Part shown: positions 54,978 through 64,000 of the stretch, piece by piece
How the letters are laid out: the number at the start of each line of letters is the position of its first letter
Numbering within the stretch: position 1 is the first letter of the stretch
Source of the DNA: an uncultured Amnibacterium sp.
GTDB lineage: Bacteria; Actinomycetota; Actinomycetes; Actinomycetales; Microbacteriaceae
DNA: 64,000 bases
Direction: 5' to 3'
Assembly (NCBI RefSeq): GCF_964245895.1
Contig: NZ_CAXTOQ010000003.1
Location: 3,187 to 67,186, forward strand
Notes under the pieces: model-generated
Databases searched by the model: none
Told to the model about the DNA's origin: nothing
Seen by the model: only the letters and a program-made list of their open reading frames with translations
Made by a program: the position numbers and the translations under genes

Positions 54978-55673
54978 GTGGTGAGGCTGCGTGGATTCGG
55001 GACGGGCGAGCACCTCGCCGCGGAGGCGGACTCGGTCGCCGTGATCGGTCTCGGCCGGTTCGGCTCCGCGCTGGCCCTGGAGCTGATGGCGTCGGACACC
55101 GACGTGCTCGGCATGGACACGAGCGAGGAGCTCGTGCAGGGCATGAACGGCCGCCTGACCCACGTGGTCCGGGCGGACAGCACCCAGGAGGAGACCCTGC
55201 GCGAGCTGTCGATCCCCGACTTCGAGCGCGTCGTCGTCGCGATCGGCTCCGATCTCGAGGCGAGCATCCTGACGGCGTCGCTGCTGCTCGAGTTCGGGGT
55301 GCCGCAGATCTGGGCGAAGGCGGTCAGCGACCAGCACGGCGCGATCCTCGAGCGGCTCGGCGTGCACAACGTCGTCTACCCCGAGAAGGACATGGGCAAG
55401 CGCATCGCCCACCGGGTGCGTGGCAACCTGCAGGACTTCGTCGAGCTGGGGGACGACTTCGCCGCGGTCCGCACGAAGCCGCCGGCCGACCTGGTCGGGC
55501 GGACGGTCGCGGAGGCGCGCACGCGGGACAGCCGCGGGGTCACGATCACGGCGATCAAGCGGCCGGACGGCGGCTGGCACCACTGCACCACCGACTCGGT
55601 GATCGGTGCGGACGACCTGCTGCTCGTCACCGGGCCGACCCGGAAGGCCGAGCGGTTCGCCTCCGGGCGGTGA
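54978..55673 (+). CDS. TrkA/KtrA family RCK regulatory subunit
   Basis: VIGLGRFG Rossmann motif, VVAIGSDLEASIL, VVYPEKDMG, C-terminal TrkA-C. Confidence 0.93.
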   Translation: MVRLRGFGTGEHLAAEADSVAVIGLGRFGSALALELMASDTDVLGMDTSEELVQGMNGRLTHVVRADSTQEETLRELSIPDFERVVVAIGSDLEASILTASLLLEFGVPQIWAKAVSDQHGAILERLGVHNVVYPEKDMGKRIAHRVRGNLQDFVELGDDFAAVRTKPPADLVGRTVAEARTRDSRGVTITAIKRPDGGWHHCTTDSVIGADDLLLVTGPTRKAERFASGR

Positions 55674-55740
55674 CGCGCCCTTCGTCCTTCGGAACGTCCA
55701 TGCGCCGTGCGCCCTGGAGCCCCTGAGAGGCGGAGGCGCG

Positions 55741-56076
55741 TCAGCGCACCTCCGCGCAGACGCTGATCTGCGGCTGCCCGTCCGCCTCGAACTCCTCGAC
55801 CAGACGGAGCCCGGCCTCGCCCACCTCGATGCGGGAGGCGGCCGTGCCGGACACCCGGCTGCCGCCCTGGGCGAGAGCATGCACGAACGACACCGTCACC
55901 CGATCGCCGTCGCGGGTGCCGACGAAGCGCCCCTCCGCGACCGTGTCGCCCGTGTAGTCGCCCCAGATCACGCCGGCGGACTCCGAGTACCGGAACCGCG
56001 TCGGCGCCTCCGGGTCGACTCGGCTCGCGGTCGACGAGACCAGGTCGAAGACGCGGCCTTCGAGCGACAGGTCCAT
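55741..56076 (-). CDS. Small conserved hypothetical beta protein
   Basis: FRYSES.GVIWGDY.G..V..G..VG pattern; coupled to the aldo-keto reductase gene. Confidence 0.65.
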   Translation of the reverse strand: MDLSLEGRVFDLVSSTASRVDPEAPTRFRYSESAGVIWGDYTGDTVAEGRFVGTRDGDRVTVSFVHALAQGGSRVSGTAASRIEVGEAGLRLVEEFEADGQPQISVCAEVR

Positions 56077-56078
56077 GC

Positions 56079-56924
56079 TCAGGACGGGATGTAGTTGAAC
56101 TCGTCCGGGTTGGGGCCGGTGCGCTCGTCCTTGTTCAGCGTGGAGATGTCGGTCACGTCCTCGTCGGTCAGCTCGAAGTCGAAGAGGGCGAAGTTCTCCT
56201 CCACCCGCGATCGCGTGACCGACTTCGGGAACACGATGTCGCCGCGCTGCGCGTGCCAGCGGAGCACGACCTGCGCGGGGGTGCGCTCGACGCGGCGGGC
56301 GATGCGCTCGATCACCGGATCGCCCAGCACGCCGCCCTGCGCGATCGGCGACCAGGCCTCCGTCGCGATGCCGTGCTCGGCGCCGTACGCGCGGAGGGGC
56401 TCCTGCGTCAGGTACGGGTGGACCTCGATCTGGTTCACGGCCGGCGGCACCGTCGTCTCGGCGCGCAGCCGGTTCAGGTGGTGCTGCTGGAAGTTGGAGA
56501 CGCCGATCGACCGGACCTTGCCGCCCGCGTACATCTGCTCCATCGCCTTCCAGGTGTCGACGTAGTCGCCGACGGCCGGCAGCGGCCAGTGGATGAGGAA
56601 CAGGTCGAGGTAGTCGATGTCGAGCGTCGCCAGGGTGGTGTCGAACGCGGCGAGCGCGTCCTCGGGCGCGTGGAACCCGTTGTTCAGCTTGCTGGTGACG
56701 AAGATCTGGTCACGGGGGATGCCGGACTCGCGGACGGCCTGGCCGACCCCCTCCTCGTTCCCGTACATCTCCGCGGTGTCGATGTGGCGGTAGCCGACCT
56801 CGAGCGCGGTGAGGGTCGCGTCCTTCGTCTCGGCCGGCGGGATCTGGAAGACGCCGAAGCCGAGCTGCGGGATCGTCGCACCGTTGTTCAGGGTGATCGT
56901 GGGGACGGAGGGGGTGCTCGTCAT
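56079..56924 (-). CDS. Aldo/keto reductase (2,5-diketo-gluconate reductase-like)
   Basis: IPQLGFGVFQ, GYRHIDTAEMYGNE, DLFLIHWP, IGVSNF, VNQIEVHP, IVFPKS. Confidence 0.93.
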   Translation of the reverse strand: MTSTPSVPTITLNNGATIPQLGFGVFQIPPAETKDATLTALEVGYRHIDTAEMYGNEEGVGQAVRESGIPRDQIFVTSKLNNGFHAPEDALAAFDTTLATLDIDYLDLFLIHWPLPAVGDYVDTWKAMEQMYAGGKVRSIGVSNFQQHHLNRLRAETTVPPAVNQIEVHPYLTQEPLRAYGAEHGIATEAWSPIAQGGVLGDPVIERIARRVERTPAQVVLRWHAQRGDIVFPKSVTRSRVEENFALFDFELTDEDVTDISTLNKDERTGPNPDEFNYIPS

Positions 56925-56979
56925 GCCTCGAGGCTAGGGCGGGGCGACTGGGCGCCTCCGGGACGCCGGCGGCGCGGGG

Positions 56980-57666
56980 TCACGCCCGGGAGAGGTCGAC
57001 GGTGACGGCCTCGTGGTCGGACAGGTCGTTCCCGGAGACGAGCACCCGGTCGATCACGAACTCGGTGGGGACGAGGAAGTAGTCGTCGTTCTCGTGCGAC
57101 GACGGGTGCGACTGGTAGCTCGCGATCGACGAGGTGAGCACCGCGTCGTGCCAGAGCGCCGCGTGCCGCTCGAGGTGGTCGACGTTGAAGTCGCCGCCGA
57201 GGATGCGCCGCTCCCCCTTGTCGCGCAGGATGCCGAGCACCTCGCCCAGGTGGTGCAGCGCGTAGTCGTCCCGCACCGAGAGGTGCACGTTCGCCAGGGG
57301 CCACACGCCGTCCGGCGCGGCCACGTCCAGCAGCTGCGCGATGCGCTGGTGCGGGTCGCCCTGCTCGTGCTGCAGCGCGAGCGTCTGCGTCGCGGTGACC
57401 GGTGCCTTCGACAGCACCGCGAGCCCCTCCCGGTAGACGGGGTGGGTCCGGCCGTGCTGCAGCCGGGTGATCGCCTCATGCCGCTGCGGGTATGCGAGCG
57501 CGCGGTTCAGCAGCTCGACGGGCGAGAACGGCGAGACCTCGGGCAGGAAGACGACCTCCTGGAACAGGATCACGTCCGGGTCGAGGCCGCGGAGGTACTC
57601 GGCGACGGTGGAGGCGCGGTGCTCCCAGTCGAAGAACCCGCGCAGGTTCAGGGTGGTGATGCGCAC
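56980..57666 (-). CDS. Endonuclease/exonuclease/phosphatase family protein
   Basis: TLN, DVILFQE, ILGGDFN, SDH motifs. Confidence 0.85.
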   Translation of the reverse strand: MRITTLNLRGFFDWEHRASTVAEYLRGLDPDVILFQEVVFLPEVSPFSPVELLNRALAYPQRHEAITRLQHGRTHPVYREGLAVLSKAPVTATQTLALQHEQGDPHQRIAQLLDVAAPDGVWPLANVHLSVRDDYALHHLGEVLGILRDKGERRILGGDFNVDHLERHAALWHDAVLTSSIASYQSHPSSHENDDYFLVPTEFVIDRVLVSGNDLSDHEAVTVDLSRA

Positions 57667-57756
57667 TGCGGAACCCTCGCACCTCCTCCCTGGACCTCCG
57701 ACGGCTGACCGCCCCGGGCCGTGCCCCCGAGCCGCGTGCAGGATGACGTGCCGGGT

Positions 57757-57815
57757 TCAGGACGGAAGGGCCCAGCGGGTCCTGCACGCGGGACCGGGGC
57801 CTGCACACGGCACGG
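57757..57815 (+). repeat. Intergenic repeat, family B copy 2
   Basis: Ungapped 46/59 match to 52174-52232. Confidence 0.75.
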
Positions 57816-57817
57816 AC

Positions 57818-58630
57818 TCAGTGCTCCGGAGGGCGGACCAGGTCGTCCCAGCCCTCCTGCGGCCGGGAGGCGCGCTCGCGGAAGACGTACTGGGACGGCA
57901 GCTTCCGCTCCGAGCTCGTCCAGTCGATCGCCGGGCGCCGGCGCTCCTCCGGCAGGTAGCCGAGCCGGTACACGGCCATCAGCTCGAGCCCGTCCGGCAC
58001 GTCCAGCAGGGCGACGATGCGGTCCCACTGCCCCGGCACCTCCATCGGGAAGGAGACGAACTGGATGCCCATGCCCAGCTCGACCGTCGTCAGCCAGAGG
58101 TTCTCCATCGCGGCGCCCATGCTGAACAGCGAGTAGAAGGAGGAGAGCTCGCCCGGCCGGTACTCGGCCCGGTCGAGCATCACGCCGATCAGCAGCGGCG
58201 AGGAGGCGACCAGCCTGCGGTTCTCGCTGCCGAGCGTCTGCGGCACGTGCAGCGAGTTCATCAGCTTCTGCCCGCGGGACGTGAACGCCTGGGAGGTGAA
58301 GGGCCGCAGGGGCGCGGGCAGCCGGTCGAACAGCATCCCGCTGCGCTGCCGCGCCATCTCCGCCTTCGAGAACCGGAAGTACGGCTTGTACCGCTCGAAG
58401 AAGGTGCCGTTGCTCATCGCCGTCGTCATGCTGGAGCCGGAGATGTCCGCGATCGTCTCGATCGTCTCCCGCGACTCGATCAGGACGAACCGCCACGGCT
58501 GGCTGTTCAACTGGCTCGGTGCGCGGCCCGCCACCTCCATCAGGATCCGCTGATGCTCCGCCGAGACCCGGTCGGGCAGGAACGCGCCGTTCGTCGTGTG
58601 GCGGCGCCGGATCGCGTCGAGCAGCTCCAT
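57818..58630 (-). CDS. Nitroreductase family protein
   Basis: [44 protein letters not shown]. Confidence 0.88.
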   Translation of the reverse strand: MELLDAIRRRHTTNGAFLPDRVSAEHQRILMEVAGRAPSQLNSQPWRFVLIESRETIETIADISGSSMTTAMSNGTFFERYKPYFRFSKAEMARQRSGMLFDRLPAPLRPFTSQAFTSRGQKLMNSLHVPQTLGSENRRLVASSPLLIGVMLDRAEYRPGELSSFYSLFSMGAAMENLWLTTVELGMGIQFVSFPMEVPGQWDRIVALLDVPDGLELMAVYRLGYLPEERRRPAIDWTSSERKLPSQYVFRERASRPQEGWDDLVRPPEH

Positions 58631-58632
58631 GG

Positions 58633-58956
58633 TCAGTCCTTCCCGTCGGCGAGCAGCGCGCCGGCGTACCAGGGGGCGGCGGCGAGCCCGGTCACCGCGT
58701 GCGCCTGATGGCCGACCCGCGGCAGCAGCGCGAGCGGCAGCAGGGCCGGCGCGAGGAGGAGGGCGCGCGGCGAGCGCAGCGCGATCCCGCCCGCGACGGC
58801 CGCGACCGTGAGGGTCGACGTCACGATGTACAGCGCGTGATGGGTCCACCGATGGCGGCTCGTGTCGATCAGCCGCGTCTGCACGGCCGTGCCGAGCAGC
58901 ACGTTCGCCACGTACGCGCCCGTCGCCGCGGCGACGAGGGCGCGAGCGGCAGGCAC
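58633..58956 (-). CDS. Small membrane protein
   Basis: GTG start; hydrophobic helices with WTHHALY motif; 2 bp from the nitroreductase start. Confidence 0.6.
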   Translation of the reverse strand: MPAARALVAAATGAYVANVLLGTAVQTRLIDTSRHRWTHHALYIVTSTLTVAAVAGGIALRSPRALLLAPALLPLALLPRVGHQAHAVTGLAAAPWYAGALLADGKD

Positions 58957-58986
58957 GGTCCGATCCTGCTCCCTCGACCTGAGGTG

Positions 58987-59042
58987 TGCGTTCTGAAGGC
59001 GATCCGGTCGGCTCCGCCGTACCGGATCGCCATCGAGACGCA
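58987..59042. repeat. REP-like palindrome, family A copy 2
   Basis: TGCGTTCTGAAGGCGATCCGGT ... ACCGGATCGCCATCGAGACGCA. Confidence 0.8.
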
Positions 59043-59090
59043 GAACGGTCGTGTAACACGAGCGCAACCCGGGATGGGGAGGATGGGCCG

Positions 59091-59912
59091 ATGGACCTGC
59101 CGACGCTGACCGAGGTGCGGCTGCCCCGTTCCCGCGCCGACCTCGAGCTGTCGGCGACCGTGGTGCCCCTCGCGGGCGGGACGTGGCTCTTCTCCGAGCC
59201 GCAGGACCACCTCACCGGCCTCGTCGACCTGACGACCCTCGGGTGGACGCCGTGGGAGGCGCGCCCGGACGGCGGCCTGTCGGTCGCGGCGACGTGCACG
59301 ATCGCCCAGCTCGTGTCGATCCCGGCGCGGGAGGGATGGCGCGCGATCCCCCTCCTGCGGCAGTGCGCCGAGTCGCTGCTGCAGTCCTTCAAGGTCTGGA
59401 ACACCGCGACGGTCGGCGGCAACATCGCGACCGCGCTCGCCGCCGGCGCGCTGATCGGGCTCGGCGGCGCGCTCGACGCCGACCTCGTGATCTGGACGCC
59501 GGACGGCGGCGAGCGCCGCGAGCGCGTCGCCGACGCCGTGCTGGCGCAGCGCGTGACGACGATCCGCCCGGGCGAGGTCGTCCGCTCGATCGAGCTGCCC
59601 GCGGCGGCGATGGCGGCGACGACCGCGTTCCGGCGCATCGCGCTGTCGCCGCTCGGGAGGGCGGGCACCGTGCTCGCCGCCCGCCTCGACGAGGACGGCG
59701 GGTTCGTGCTGTGCATCACGGGCGGCACGACCCGGCCGGAGGTGCTGCGCTTCGCCGCCCTCCCCTCCGCGGCGGTGCTCGACGCCGCGGTGGCCGACGT
59801 GCGCACGTGGTTCTCGGACGCGCACGGCGCAGCCGACTGGCGGCGCGCGGTCTCCCGGCTGCTCGCCGAGGAGATCCGGCAGCAGCTCGCGGGACCGGAG
59901 CCGGCGCGATGA
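59091..59912 (+). CDS. FAD-binding subunit of a xanthine dehydrogenase-like molybdoenzyme
   Basis: [33 protein letters not shown] motifs. Confidence 0.88.
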   Translation: MDLPTLTEVRLPRSRADLELSATVVPLAGGTWLFSEPQDHLTGLVDLTTLGWTPWEARPDGGLSVAATCTIAQLVSIPAREGWRAIPLLRQCAESLLQSFKVWNTATVGGNIATALAAGALIGLGGALDADLVIWTPDGGERRERVADAVLAQRVTTIRPGEVVRSIELPAAAMAATTAFRRIALSPLGRAGTVLAARLDEDGGFVLCITGGTTRPEVLRFAALPSAAVLDAAVADVRTWFSDAHGAADWRRAVSRLLAEEIRQQLAGPEPAR

Positions 59913-62581
59913 GGTTCGACGTCAACGGGGTGCCGGTCGACGCGGCGCCGTTCCCCGGCCAGTGCCTGCGGACGCTGCTGCGGCAGACCGGCCACGTCGA
60001 GGTCAAGAAGGGGTGCGACGCGGGCGACTGCGGCGCGTGCGGGGTGCTCGTCGACGGCGACCCCGTGCACTCCTGCATCGTCCCGGCGCACCGGGTCGCA
60101 GGCCGCAGCGTCACGACCGTCGCAGGCCTCGGCACGCCGGAGGGCCTGTCCCCCGTCCAGCAGCGGTTCGTCGACGCCGCGGGCTTCCAGTGCGGCTTCT
60201 GCACCGCCGGCATGGTCGTCACCGCTTCGACCGACACCGTCCGCGACGCCGACGAGGCGGACCTGCCGCGCCTCTTCAAGGGGAACCTGTGCCGCTGCAC
60301 GGGCTACCGCAGCATCCGCGACGCCCTCGCCGGCACGGGGTCGACGGAGGAGCGCGGCATCGCTGGCGGCATCGGCCGCGCCGTCCGCGCCCCGGCCGCC
60401 GAGCGCATCGTCTCGGGGAAGGAGCCGTTCACGCTCGACCTCGAGACGCAGGCGCTGACCCACATCGCGATCCTGCAGAGCCCGCACCCCTCCGCGCGCA
60501 TCCGCCGCATCGACGCCTCCGCGGCCCTGGCGATGCAGGGGGTGCTCGCCGTCCTGACGCACGAGGACGCCCCGGACGTGCTGTTCTCGACGGGCCGGCA
60601 CGAGAACCGCCTCGAGGATCCCGACGACACCCTGGTCCTCGACCCGGTCATCCGGTTCGCGGGGCAGCGGGTCGCCGCGGTCGTCGCGGAGACCATCGGC
60701 CTCGCGGAGATCGCGAGCCGCGCGATCCTGGTCGACTACGAGGTGCTGCCGGCGATCTTCGACCCGGAGGCGGCGCGGGCGCCCGGCGCCCCCCTCGTGC
60801 ACGGGGACAAGGACGCGGACGCCTCCCGGATCAGCGAGCCGCTGCGGAACGTCGTCGCGCAGAAGCACGGCGAGCTGGGCGACGTCGATGCGGCGCTCGC
60901 GGCCGCGGACGTCGTGGTGTCCGGGACCTGGAGGACCGCTCGGGTCGCGCACGTCGCGCTCGAGACGCACGCGACGCGCGGGTGGCTCGACGCGCAGGGA
61001 CGGCTCGTGCTGCGCACCAGCTCGCAGGTGCCGTACCTGGTGCAGAAGGAGCTGTGCCGGATCTTCGCGCTCGACCCCGCGCGCGTCCGCGTGGTCGCCG
61101 CCCGCGTCGGCGGCGGGTTCGGCGGCAAGCAGGAGCTGCTGACCGAGGACCTGGTCACCCTGGCGGTGCTGCGCACCGGACGGCCCGCGCAGCTGGAGCT
61201 GACCCGCGAGGACGAGTTCGCCGTCGCGCCGCTGCGGCACCCGAAACGGGTGTCGGTGGCGCTCGGCGCGACGCGAGACGGCGTGCTCACCGCCGTCGAC
61301 GTCGACGTGCTGTCCGACACCGGCGCGTACGGCAACCACGGCCCGGGCGTCCTGTTCCACGGCTCCCACGAGTCCGTCGCGGTGTACCGCACGCCGAACC
61401 GGCGGGTCAACGCGGAGGCCGTCTACACGAACAACCCGCCGTCCGGCGCGTTCCGCGGCTACGGGCTCGGGCAGGTGATGTTCGCGCTGGAGGGCGCGAT
61501 GGACGAGCTCGCGCGGCGGATCGGGATGTCCCCGTTCGACCTGCGGCGCCGGAACGCGATCGGGCCGGGCGAGCGGGTCGTCGTCACCGATCCGGACGAG
61601 GAGTCCGACCTCGAGTGGGGCGGCTCCGGGCTGCCGGAGGCGCTCGACCTCGCGGAGGCGGCGCTCGCCGAGCCCGGCGCGCCGGCGCCGGCGGGTCCGC
61701 GGTGGCGGGTGGGCACCGGCATGGCGCTCGGCATGATCGCGACGATGCCGCCGCGCGGGCACTTCAGCGAGGTGCGCCTGCGGCTCGATGCCGACGGCGG
61801 CGCCTCCCTCGACGTCGGCACCGCCGAGTTCGGCAACGGCACGACCACGGTGCACGGCCAGATCGTCGCGGAGGTGCTCGCGATCCCGCCCGAGGCGGTG
61901 CGCATTCGCTCGTCCGACACCGACGGCGCCCGGTACGACAGCGGCGCGTTCGGCTCCGCCGGCACGGTCGTCGCGGGCAAGGCCGTGCACGCCGCCGCGA
62001 CGCGCCTGCGGGACGCGGTCCTCGACCTCGCCGGGCCGGGCGCCTCGCTCGGTCCGGAGGGGGTGCGCACCGCCTCCGGGCTGCGGCCGCTCGCCGCGTT
62101 CGCCCCGCTGGAGGCCACCGGATCCGCCGACGGCACCCCGCGCGGACTCGCCTTCAACGTCCACGGGTTCCGGGTGGCGGTCGACGTCGCGACCGGGGAG
62201 GTGCGGATCCTCGCGTCGGTGCAGGGGGTCGACGCCGGCACGGTGCTGAACCCGGAGCAGCTGCGCGGGCAGGTCGAGGGCGGCACCGCGCAGGCGATCG
62301 GCTCCGCGCTGTACGAGGAGGTCGTCGTGGTCGACGGGCACGTCATCACCAGGACCCTGCGGAACTACCACATCCCGCAGATGGCGGACGTGCCTCCAAC
62401 GACGGTGCGGTTCGCCACGACGTACGACGACCTCGGCCCGTTCGGCGCCAAGTCGATGAGCGAGGCGCCGTACAACCCGGTCGCGCCGGCGCTCGCGAAC
62501 GCCATCCGCGACGCGATCGGGGTGCGGCCGCACGAGCTGCCGATGACCCGCGACCGCCTCTGGCGCCTGCTGGAGGACTGA
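59909..62581 (+). CDS. Fused [2Fe-2S] + molybdopterin-binding subunit of a xanthine dehydrogenase-like enzyme
   Basis: [51 protein letters not shown]. Confidence 0.92.
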   Translation: MRFDVNGVPVDAAPFPGQCLRTLLRQTGHVEVKKGCDAGDCGACGVLVDGDPVHSCIVPAHRVAGRSVTTVAGLGTPEGLSPVQQRFVDAAGFQCGFCTAGMVVTASTDTVRDADEADLPRLFKGNLCRCTGYRSIRDALAGTGSTEERGIAGGIGRAVRAPAAERIVSGKEPFTLDLETQALTHIAILQSPHPSARIRRIDASAALAMQGVLAVLTHEDAPDVLFSTGRHENRLEDPDDTLVLDPVIRFAGQRVAAVVAETIGLAEIASRAILVDYEVLPAIFDPEAARAPGAPLVHGDKDADASRISEPLRNVVAQKHGELGDVDAALAAADVVVSGTWRTARVAHVALETHATRGWLDAQGRLVLRTSSQVPYLVQKELCRIFALDPARVRVVAARVGGGFGGKQELLTEDLVTLAVLRTGRPAQLELTREDEFAVAPLRHPKRVSVALGATRDGVLTAVDVDVLSDTGAYGNHGPGVLFHGSHESVAVYRTPNRRVNAEAVYTNNPPSGAFRGYGLGQVMFALEGAMDELARRIGMSPFDLRRRNAIGPGERVVVTDPDEESDLEWGGSGLPEALDLAEAALAEPGAPAPAGPRWRVGTGMALGMIATMPPRGHFSEVRLRLDADGGASLDVGTAEFGNGTTTVHGQIVAEVLAIPPEAVRIRSSDTDGARYDSGAFGSAGTVVAGKAVHAAATRLRDAVLDLAGPGASLGPEGVRTASGLRPLAAFAPLEATGSADGTPRGLAFNVHGFRVAVDVATGEVRILASVQGVDAGTVLNPEQLRGQVEGGTAQAIGSALYEEVVVVDGHVITRTLRNYHIPQMADVPPTTVRFATTYDDLGPFGAKSMSEAPYNPVAPALANAIRDAIGVRPHELPMTRDRLWRLLED

Positions 62582-62615
62582 GCCCGTCGTTCCCGGTCGA
62601 CAGAACTCCTGAAAG

Positions 62616-63860
62616 ATGGACACCGTCATGTCGGACGTCCCCCGCCGCTTCGCGGCCCTGCGCAACCGGGACTGCCGCACCTACCTCGTCGGCGCGGCGC
62701 TGATGATGATGGCCGACAACATCGAGCACGTCATCACGTACTGGGTGCTGTGGCAGCGGTTCCACTCCCCCGCGCTCGCCGGGTTCGAGGTGATCAGCCA
62801 CTGGCTGCCGTTCCTGCTGCTGTCCGTGCCGTTCGGGCAGCTGGCCGACCGGTACGACTGCCGCCGCATCATCCAGGCGGGCGCGGCGCTGTTCGCGCTC
62901 GTCTCGGTCGCGTGGGGCGTGCTGTTCGCGACCGGCACGCTGACGGTGTGGGCCGCGTGCATCCTGCTCGTGCTGCACGGCACCGCCGGCGCGATGTGGA
63001 CGCCGGCCGAGCAGCTGATGCTGCACGACTTCGTCGGCCCGACGGAGCTGGCCAGCGCGGTCCGGCTGAACTCGACGTTCCGCAGCCTGGGCATCCTGTT
63101 CGGCCCGGTGGTCGGCGCGGTGCTGCTGTACGGGCTCGGCCCGCAGCTGGGCATCCTCGTGAACGTCGTCTTCTACGTGCCGCTGATCGTGTTCCTGTTC
63201 CGCACCCGGGTCACCGGGCACACCCGCGACGCCGGGGTGCAGCGCCCGCCGGCCGGGTTCCGGGAGGCGTTCCGCACGCTGCGCCTGGTCCGCACGGACC
63301 GGACGCTGGTGTCGATGCTCGTGCTGGCGGGCCTCGGCTCCTTCTTCATCGGGGCCTCGCTGCAGACCACGATGCCCGCGTTCGCCGACCGGCTCGGCGG
63401 ATCGGACGGCCTCGCCTACGGGGCGCTGCTGTTCGCGGTCGGCGCCGGAGGGGTGGTGGGCGGCGTCCTGCTGGAGGCGACCCAGCGGGTCCCCTCCGGC
63501 GTCGGCTCCGCGATCGTGAGCACGTTCGCCTACGGCCTCGCGATCCTCGGGTTCGCGCTCACGGACCGGTACTGGCTCGCGCTGCCCCTGCTGTTCATCG
63601 GCGGCGCGGCGAACCTCGCGTCGATGTCGATCTCGCAGACCGTCGTCCAGCTGCTGGCGCCGCCTGCCGAACGCGGCCGGGTCATCGGCCTGTACGGCGT
63701 CTCGGCGAACGGGCTGCGGATGGGCAGCGGGCTCACGGTCGGCCTGCTCGGCCAGGCGATCGGCGTCGCGCCGGCGCTCGCCTGGAGCTCGGGCGCGCTG
63801 CTGGTGGGCACCGCGATCGCGGGCGGCATCGCGGCCCACGGCCGCACGGTCCGCCGCTAG
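62616..63860 (+). CDS. MFS transporter
   Basis: About 12 TM helices; [11 protein letters not shown] motif A. Confidence 0.9.
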   Translation: MDTVMSDVPRRFAALRNRDCRTYLVGAALMMMADNIEHVITYWVLWQRFHSPALAGFEVISHWLPFLLLSVPFGQLADRYDCRRIIQAGAALFALVSVAWGVLFATGTLTVWAACILLVLHGTAGAMWTPAEQLMLHDFVGPTELASAVRLNSTFRSLGILFGPVVGAVLLYGLGPQLGILVNVVFYVPLIVFLFRTRVTGHTRDAGVQRPPAGFREAFRTLRLVRTDRTLVSMLVLAGLGSFFIGASLQTTMPAFADRLGGSDGLAYGALLFAVGAGGVVGGVLLEATQRVPSGVGSAIVSTFAYGLAILGFALTDRYWLALPLLFIGGAANLASMSISQTVVQLLAPPAERGRVIGLYGVSANGLRMGSGLTVGLLGQAIGVAPALAWSSGALLVGTAIAGGIAAHGRTVRR

Positions 63861-63871
63861 CACCGCGCTCC

Positions 63872-63924
63872 TCGTCGTTCAGGAGCTCCGGACGGGTGTA
63901 GCCGCCGGAGCTTCTGAACGACGA
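63872..63924. repeat. REP-like palindrome between convergent genes
   Basis: TCGTCGTTCAGGAGCTCCGG ... CCGGAGCTTCTGAACGACGA, 19 of 20 complementary. Confidence 0.8.
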
Positions 63925-63932
63925 AGCAGCCG

Positions 63933-64000
63933 TCAGAGGGCGACGGTGCCGCTGAGCACGGTCGTCGTCGCGCCCGCCACCCAGACGCCGTCCGGCTCGT
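63933..64000 (-). CDS. C-terminus of a PhzF-family (isomerase/epimerase-like) protein, partial
   Basis: Manual translation ..EPDGVWVGGATTTVLSGTVAL*. Confidence 0.6.
   Translation of the reverse strand, partial: EPDGVWVAGATTTVLSGTVAL

Noticed and set aside
129-63901. Many long overlapping ORFs rich in Arg/Pro/Ala/Gly (e.g. 129-2423, 1144-3780, 35150-37681, 52754-55726)
   Set aside because: Shadow frames typical of very high GC DNA; they overlap genes with clear family motifs and have none themselves

Overview
Very GC-rich actinobacterial DNA; the rplJ/rplL sequences and gene content suggest Micrococcales, probably Microbacteriaceae (inference). The left ~26.6 kb carries a near-complete Streptomyces-type contractile injection system (CIS/eCIS, phage-tail-like particle): sheath, two tubes, chaperone plus DUF6760, a disordered 613-aa protein, LysM tube initiator, VgrG spike, gp25, baseplate J, tail protein I, a membrane-anchored zinc-ribbon protein, DUF4255, AAA ATPase, DUF4157, PAAR, regulators and a low-GC candidate cargo gene. 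I found no capsid, integrase, lysis or T6SS membrane-complex genes. The most notable unexplained signals are: (1) a phage-style -1 frameshift signal (GGGGGAA, 7-nt spacer, perfect 10-bp stem) joining the chaperone-like gene to DUF6760; (2) an LxLQ[RK]xxGNxAT leader shared by DUF4157 and the foreign-looking neighbour gene, plus repeated [VIL]QR motifs in three CIS proteins; (3) a GGGCA-N7-TGCCC palindrome at three CIS promoter regions and two SOS-like boxes; (4) dispersed REP/MITE-like palindromic families, one of which supplies the last codons and stop of two convergent genes. The right part is mostly ordinary chromosome: VapBC45-like TA pair, tRNA-Ser(GGA), SRP RNA, GT2-GtrA/ArnT pair, alpha-glucoside/fructoside utilisation locus, rplJ-rplL with L10 leader, Trk/Ktr K+ uptake, xanthine-dehydrogenase-like genes and an MFS. 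All calls come from motif recognition by eye; no database searches were run.
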